Part shown: piece after piece, positions 57,401 through 64,000 of the stretch | Position numbering within the stretch: the first letter of the stretch is position 1 | How the letters are laid out: every line of letters begins with the position of its first letter | Source: the human T2T-CHM13v2.0 reference genome, Homo sapiens | Direction: 5' to 3' (one strand) | DNA length: 64,000 nucleotides | NCBI RefSeq assembly: GCF_009914755.1 | Contig: NC_060939.1 | The notes under the pieces: model-generated | The model's input: the letters and a program-made list of their open reading frames with translations, nothing else | The model's database searches: none | Told to the model about the DNA's origin: nothing | Program-made: the position numbers and the translations under genes

Positions 57401-60400
57401 CCATTCCGTTCCATTACATTCCATTCCATTCGGTACCATTCCATATTGTTCCATTCGTTTCCATTCGAATCCATTCCATTCCAGTCCATTCCATTCGATT
57501 CCATTCCATTCATTTCAATTCCATTCCATTCCATTCCATTACATTCCACTTGATTCCTCTCCATTCCCTTCCACTGCATTCCGTTCGATTCCATTCCATT
57601 GCATTGCATTCCATTCCATTGGATTGCATTCCATTCGATTCCATTCCATTCGAATCAATTACATAGCAATCCATTACATTCGAGTCTATTCTCTTCCGTT
57701 CCATTCGATTTCGTTCCAATCCATTCGATTCCATTCCATTCGATTCCATTCCATACTATTGCATTCCATTCGATTACATTATATTCGAATAAGTTCCATT
57801 CAAGACCATTTCTTTTGAGTCCATTCTATTTGAGTCCATTCCCTTTGATTCCATAACATTTGAGTCCATTCAATTCCATTCCTTTCGTTTCCATTCCATT
57901 TGATGCCATTCCATTCAATTCTGTTCTACTCGACTCCAATACATTCAATTCCATTCCATCCGATTCCATTACATTCTTTTCATTTCTTATCCATTTCAAG
58001 CCATTCCACTCCATTCCATTCCACTCGTTTCCTTTCCATTCGAGTCCATTCCTCTCCAGTCCATTCCGTTCAATCCATTCCATTCCAGTCCATTCCATTC
58101 GAGTCCGTTCCATTCCAGTCCATTCCATTCGAGTCAATTCCATTCCATTCGATGTCTTTCCATAACGATCCATTCCATTCTATTCCTTTCGATTCCATTC
58201 CATTCTATTTCATTCCATTCGATTCCCTTCCATTGGACTCCTTTCCATTCGAGTGCATTCCATTCCGTTCCATTTCTTTCCGTTCTGTACGATTCCTACC
58301 GTTCGATTTCATTTTCTTCCAGTCCATTCTTTCGCGTCCATTCCATTCCATTTCACTCCATTCGATTCCATTCCACTCGATTCCACTTCGTTCCATTTCA
58401 TTGCATTCCATTCTATTCAACTCTATTGCCTTCCATTCCATTCCATTCGATTACATTCCATGCGATTCCATTCGAAATCGAATCAATTACATTGCAATCC
58501 ATTACTATTGAGTCCGTTTTATTCCAGTCCACTGCATTCTGGTCCATTCCATTTGATTCCATTCCATTCTATTCCATTCCATACAGTTGCATTCCATTGG
58601 ATTCCATGCTATATCTATAAATTCAATTCGAGACCATTGCTTTTGAGTCCATTCTATATGATTCCATTCCATTCAAGTCCATTACATTTGGTTAAATTCC
58701 ATTCCATTCGGTTCAATTCCATTCCATTCCATTCCCTTCCATTCCATTCCAGTTGATATCAATCCATTCGATTCCATTCCATTCGAGCACATTCCATTCG
58801 AGTCCATTCCATTCGATGCCATTCCATTTGATTCTATTCCATTAGTCTCCATTCAATTCCATTAATCTCCATTCCATTCCATTCTACTCCAACTGATTCC
58901 ATTCCATTCTATTCCTTCCCATTCCATTTCATTCCATTCCATTCCATTCCATTCCATTCCATTCCATTCGTGTCCATTCCACTCCAGTCCATTCCATTCG
59001 TATCCATTCCATTCCAGTCCATTCCATTTGTGTCCACTGCATTCCATTCCACTCCATTCCATATTATTCCATTACACTCCATTCCATTCTATTACTTTCA
59101 TTTCCATTCAATTCCATTCCATTTGATTCCATTCCACTCGGTTTCATTCCATTTGAGTCCACTCCATTCCATTCGATTCCATTCAGTTCCATTCCATTCT
59201 GTTCCATTCCATTCCGTTCCATTACATTCCATTCCATTCGGTACCATTCCATATTGTTCCATTCGATTCCATTCGAATCCATTCCATTCCAGTCCATTCC
59301 ATTCGATTCCATTCCATTCATTTCAATTCCATTCCATTCCATTCCATTACATTCCACTTGATTCCTCTCCATTCCCTTCCACTGCATTCCGTTCGATTCC
59401 ATTCCATTGCATTGCATTCCATTCCATTGGATTGCATTCCATTCGATTCCATTCCATTCGAATCAATTACATAGCAATCCATTACATTCGAGTCTATTCT
59501 CTTCCGTTCCATTCGATTTCGTTCCAATCCATTCGATTCCATTCCATTCGATTCCATTCCATACTATTGCATTCCATTCGATTACATTATATTCGAATAA
59601 GTTCCATTCAAGACCATTTCTTTTGAGTCCATTCTATTTGAGTCCATTCCCTTTGATTCCATAACATTTGAGTCCATTCAATTCCATTCCTTTCGTTTCC
59701 ATTCCATTTGATGCCATTCCATTCAATTCTGTTCTACTCGACTCCAATACATTCAATTCCATTCCATCCGATTCCATTACATTCTTTTCATTTCTTATCC
59801 ATTTCAAGCCATTCCACTCCATTCCATTCCACTCGTTTCCTTTCCATTCGAGTCCATTCCTCTCCAGTCCATTCCGTTCAATCCATTCCATTCCAGTCCA
59901 TTCCATTCGAGTCCGTTCCATTCCAGTCCATTCCATTCGAGTCAATTCCATTCCATTCGATGTCTTTCCATAACGATCCATTCCATTCTATTCCTTTCGA
60001 TTCCATTCCATTCTATTTCATTCCATTCGATTCCCTTCCATTGGACTCCTTTCCATTCGAGTGCATTCCATTCCGTTCCATTTCTTTCCGTTCTGTACGA
60101 TTCCTACCGTTCGATTTCATTTTCTTCCAGTCCATTCTTTCGCGTCCATTCCATTCCATTTCACTCCATTCGATTCCATTCCACTCGATTCCACTTCGTT
60201 CCATTTCATTGCATTCCATTCTATTCAACTCTATTGCCTTCCATTCCATTCCATTCGATTACATTCCATGCGATTCCATTCGAAATCGAATCAATTACAT
60301 TGCAATCCATTGCTATTGAGTCCGTTTTATTCCAGTCCACTGCATTCTGGTCCATTCCATTTGATTCCATTCCATTCTATTCCATTCCATACAGTTGCAT

Positions 60401-61645
60401 TCCATTGGATTCCATGCTATATCTATAAATTCAATTCGAGACCATTGCTTTTGAGTCCATTCTATATGATTCCATTCCATTCAAGTCCATTACATTTGGT
60501 TAAATTCCATTCCATTCGGTTCAATTCCATTCCATTCCATTCCCTTCCATTCCATTCCAGTTGATATCAATCCATTCGATTCCATTCCATTCGAGCACAT
60601 TCCATTCGAGTCCATTCCATTCGATGCCATTCCATTTGATTCTATTCCATTACTCTCCATTCAATTCCATTAATCTCCATTCCATTCCATTCTACTCCAA
60701 CTGATTCCATTCCATTCTATTCCTTTTTATTCCATTTCATTCCATTCCATTCCATTCCATTCCATTCCATTCCATTCGTGTCCATTCCACTCCAGTCCAT
60801 TCCATTCGTATCCATTCCATTCCAGTCCATTCCATTTGTGTCCACTGCATTCCATTCCACTCCATTCCATATTATTCCATTACACTCCATTCCATTCTAT
60901 TACTTTCATTTCCATTCAATTCCATTCCATTTGATTCCATTCCACTCGGTTTCATTCCATTTGAGTCCACTCCATTCCATTCCATTCCACTCAGTTCCAT
61001 TCCATTCTGTTCCATTCCATTCCGTTCCATTACATTCCATTCCATTCGGTACCATTCCATATTGTTCCATTCGTTTCCATTCGAATCCATTCCATTCCAG
61101 TCCATTCCATTCGATTCCATTCCATTCATTTCAATTCCATTCCATTCCATTCCATTACATTCCACTTGATTCCTCTCCATTCCCTTCCACTGCATTCCGT
61201 TCGATTCCATTCCATTGCATTGCATTCCATTCCATTGGATTGCATTCCATTCGATTCCATTCCATTCGAATCAATTACATAGCAATCCATTACATTCGAG
61301 TCTATTCTCTTCCGTTCCATTCGATTTCGTTCCAATCCATTCGATTCCATTCCATTCGATTCCATTCCATACTATTGCATTCCATTCGATTACATTATAT
61401 TCGAATAAGTTCCATTCAAGACCATTTCTTTTGAGTCCATTCTATTTGAGTCCATTCCCTTTGATTCCATAACATTTGAGTCCATTCAATTCCATTCCTT
61501 TCGTTTCCATTCCATTTGATGCCATTCCATTCAATTCTGTTCTACTCGACTCCAATACATTCAATTCCATTCCATCCGATTCCATTACATTCTTTTCATT
61601 TCTTATCCATTTCAAGCCATTCCACTCCATTCCATTCCACTCGTT
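54414..61645 (+). repeat. ABAB dimeric higher-order repeat, period 3616 bp
   Basis: A marker ccttccc at ~55300 and ~58916. B markers tgctattgag (56695/60311), ccattactct, cctttttatt and ccactcagtt all recur at offset 3616. Confidence 0.9.
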
Positions 61646-64000
61646 TCCTTTCCATTCGAGTCCATTCCTCTCCAGTCCATTCCGTTCAATCCATTCCATT
61701 CCAGTCCATTCCATTCGAGTCCGTTCCATTCCAGTCCATTCCATTCGAGTCAATTCCATTCCATTCGATGTCTTTCCATAACGATCCATTCCATTCTATT
61801 CCTTTCGATTCCATTCCATTCTATTTCATTCCATTCGATTCCCTTCCATTGGACTCCTTTCCATTCGAGTGCATTCCATTCCGTTCCATTTCTTTCCGTT
61901 CTGTACGATTCCTACCGTTCGATTTCATTTTGTTCCAGTCCATTCCTTTCGCGTCCATTCCATTCCATTTCACTCCATTCGATTCCATTCCACTCGATTC
62001 CACTTCGTTCCATTTCATTGCATTCCATTCTATTCAACTCTATTGCCTTCCATTCCATTCCATTCGATTACATTCCATGCGATTCCATTCGAAATCGAAT
62101 CAATTACATTGCAATCCATTACTATTGAGTCCGTTTTATTCCAGTCCACTGCATTCTGGTCCATTCCATTTGATTCCATTCCATTCTATTCCATTCCATA
62201 CAGTTGCATTCCATTGGATTCCATGCTATATCTATAAATTCAATTCGAGACCATTGCTTTTGAGTCCATTCTATATGATTCCATTCCATTCAAGTCCATT
62301 ATATTTGGTTAAATTCCATTCCATTCGGTTCAATTCCATTCCATTCCATTCCCTTCCATTCCATTCCAGTTGATATCAATCCATTCGATTCCATTCCATT
62401 CGAGCACATTCCATTCGAGTCCATTCCATTCGATGCCATTCCATTTGATTCTATTCCATTAGTCTCCATTCAATTCCATTAATCTCCATTCCATTCCATT
62501 CTACTCCAACTGATTCCATTCCATTCTATTCCTTTCCATTCCATTTCATTCCATTCCATTCCATTCCATTCCATTCCATTTGTGTCCATTCCACTCCAGT
62601 CCATTCCATTCGTATCCATTCCATTCCAGTCCATTCCATTTGTGTCCACTGCATTCCATTCCACTCCATTCCATATTATTCCATTACACTCCATTCCATT
62701 CTATTACTTTCATTTCCATTCAATTCCATTCCATTTGATTCCATTCCACTCGGTTTCATTCCATTTGAGTCCACTCCATTCCATTCCATTCCATTCAGTT
62801 CCATTCCATTCTGTTCCATTCCATTCCGTTCCATTACATTCCATTCCATTCGGTACCATTCCATATTGTTCCATTCGTTTCCATTCGAATCCATTCCATT
62901 CCAGTCCATTCCATTCGATTCCATTCCATTCATTTCAATTCCATTCCATTCCATTCCATTACATTCCACTTGATTCCTCTCCATTCCCTTCCACTGCATT
63001 CCGTTCGATTCCATTCCATTGCATTGCATTCCATTCCATTGGATTGCATTCCATTCGATTCCATTCCATTCGAATCAATTACATAGCAATCCATTACATT
63101 CGAGTCTATTATATTCCGTTCCATTCGATTTCGTTCCAATCCATTCGATTCCATTCCATTCGATTCCATTCCATACTATTGCATTCCATTCGATTACATT
63201 ATATTCGAATAAGTTCCATTCAAGACCATTTCTTTTGAGTCCATTCTATTTGAGTCCATTCCCTTTGATTCCATAACATTTGAGTCCATTCAATTCCATT
63301 CCTTTCGTTTCCATTCCATTTGATGCCATTCCATTCAATTCTGTTCTACTCGACTCCAATACATTCAATTCCATTCCATCCGATTCCATTACATTCTTTT
63401 CATTTCTTATCCATTTCAAGCCATTGCACTCCATTCCATTCCACTCGTTTCCTTTCCATTCGAGTCCATTCCTCTCCAGTCCATTCCGTTCAATCCATTC
63501 CATTCCAGTCCATTCCATTCGAGTCCGTTCCATTCCAGTCCATTCCATTCGAGTCAATTCCATTCCATTCGATGTCTTTCCATAACGATCCATTCCATTC
63601 TATTCCTTTCGATTCCATTCCATTCTATTTCATTCCATTCGATTCCCTTCCATTGGACTCCTTTCCATTCGAGTGCATTCCATTCCGTTCCATTTCTTTC
63701 CGTTCTGTACGATTCCTACCGTTCGATTTCATTTTCTTCCAGTCCATTCTTTCGCGTCCATTCCATTCCATTTCACTCCATTCGATTCCATTCCACTCGA
63801 TTCCACTTCGTTCCATTTCATTGCATTCCATTCTATTCAACTCTATTGCCTTCCATTCCATTCCATTCGATTACATTCCATGCGATTCCATTCGAAATCG
63901 AATCAATTACATTGCAATCCATTACTATTGAGTCCGTTTTATTCCAGTCCACTGCATTCTGGTCCATTCCATTTGATTCCATTCCATTCTATTCCATTCC

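Larger units (their letters stand above)
1..64000 (+). repeat. Satellite III (HSat3, likely A-family) diverged (CATTC)n array, C-rich strand on +
   Basis: Continuous ccatt/cattc pentamers with recurrent variants (cgatt, cgagt, ctatt, gcatt, acatt, ttgat) from base 1 to 64000. I saw no switch to ggaat on + and no non-satellite insert. The CAACCCGAGT motif of HSat3B-type arrays and the gatgat-rich motif of HSat2 were not seen. Confidence 0.97.
23403..64000 (+). repeat. Tandem array of ~1.8 kb HSat3 monomers (22 complete + 1 partial); D15Z1/HSat3A5-like KpnI repeat
   Basis: The landmark 'ccctttgattccataacatttgagtcc' (ORF-track starts 27379, 29198, 30952, 32746 ... 61476, 63280) recurs every 1754-1819 bp; one unit is 2283 bp. 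A single GGTACC occurs per monomer from 32318 to 62852. Established knowledge: D15Z1 is a 1.8 kb KpnI satellite III repeat on chr15p. The periodicity is seen directly; the locus name is inferred. Confidence 0.8.

Noticed and set aside
1-64000. Hundreds of ORFs (FHSIP-repeat on +, MEWNG-repeat on -), up to 355 aa (18470-19537)
   Set aside because: The pure pentamer has no stop codon in any frame on either strand. The ORFs overlap in all frames, many use TTG/GTG starts, and frames shift between repeat copies, so there is no coding signal.
1-64000. CRISPR-like or other repeat-spacer array; novel gene system
   Set aside because: There are no unique spacers and no associated genes. All sequence between motifs is itself pentamer-derived.
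1-64000. HSat2 (which also has ~1.8 kb and ~6 kb periods)
   Set aside because: The window has long cattc runs and lacks the gatgattcc-rich HSat2 motif; cgatt is only a minority variant.
1-64000. Inversion breakpoint or embedded Alu/L1
   Set aside because: I saw no ggaat runs on +, no poly-A tail and no complex non-satellite stretch.

Overview
The whole 64 kb is one uninterrupted, single-orientation array of primate Satellite III DNA: diverged (CATTC)n/(GGAAT)n with the C-rich strand on +. There are no genes, RNA genes, CRISPR arrays or recognisable transposons, and every ORF in the track is an artefact of the pentamer. The right two-thirds (23403-64000) is 22 complete copies plus one partial copy of a ~1.8 kb monomer. 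From 32.3 kb onward each monomer carries one KpnI site, which fits the classic human chr15p D15Z1 (HSat3A5-type) repeat; this assignment comes from prior knowledge and is not database-checked. The left third is built from longer units (6766, 6726 and 4838 bp, then truncated and diverged units of ~3.8 and ~3.6 kb) that contain the 1.8 kb monomer as a sub-segment. The interest is in repeat architecture. The window appears to capture a subarray boundary, the 23-bp homology junction that defines the 1.8 kb monomer, a cryptic ~0.8-1.07 kb ancestral block, and nascent higher-order repeats of 3616, 9036 and ~10.7 kb. I found no evidence of a novel gene-encoded system.
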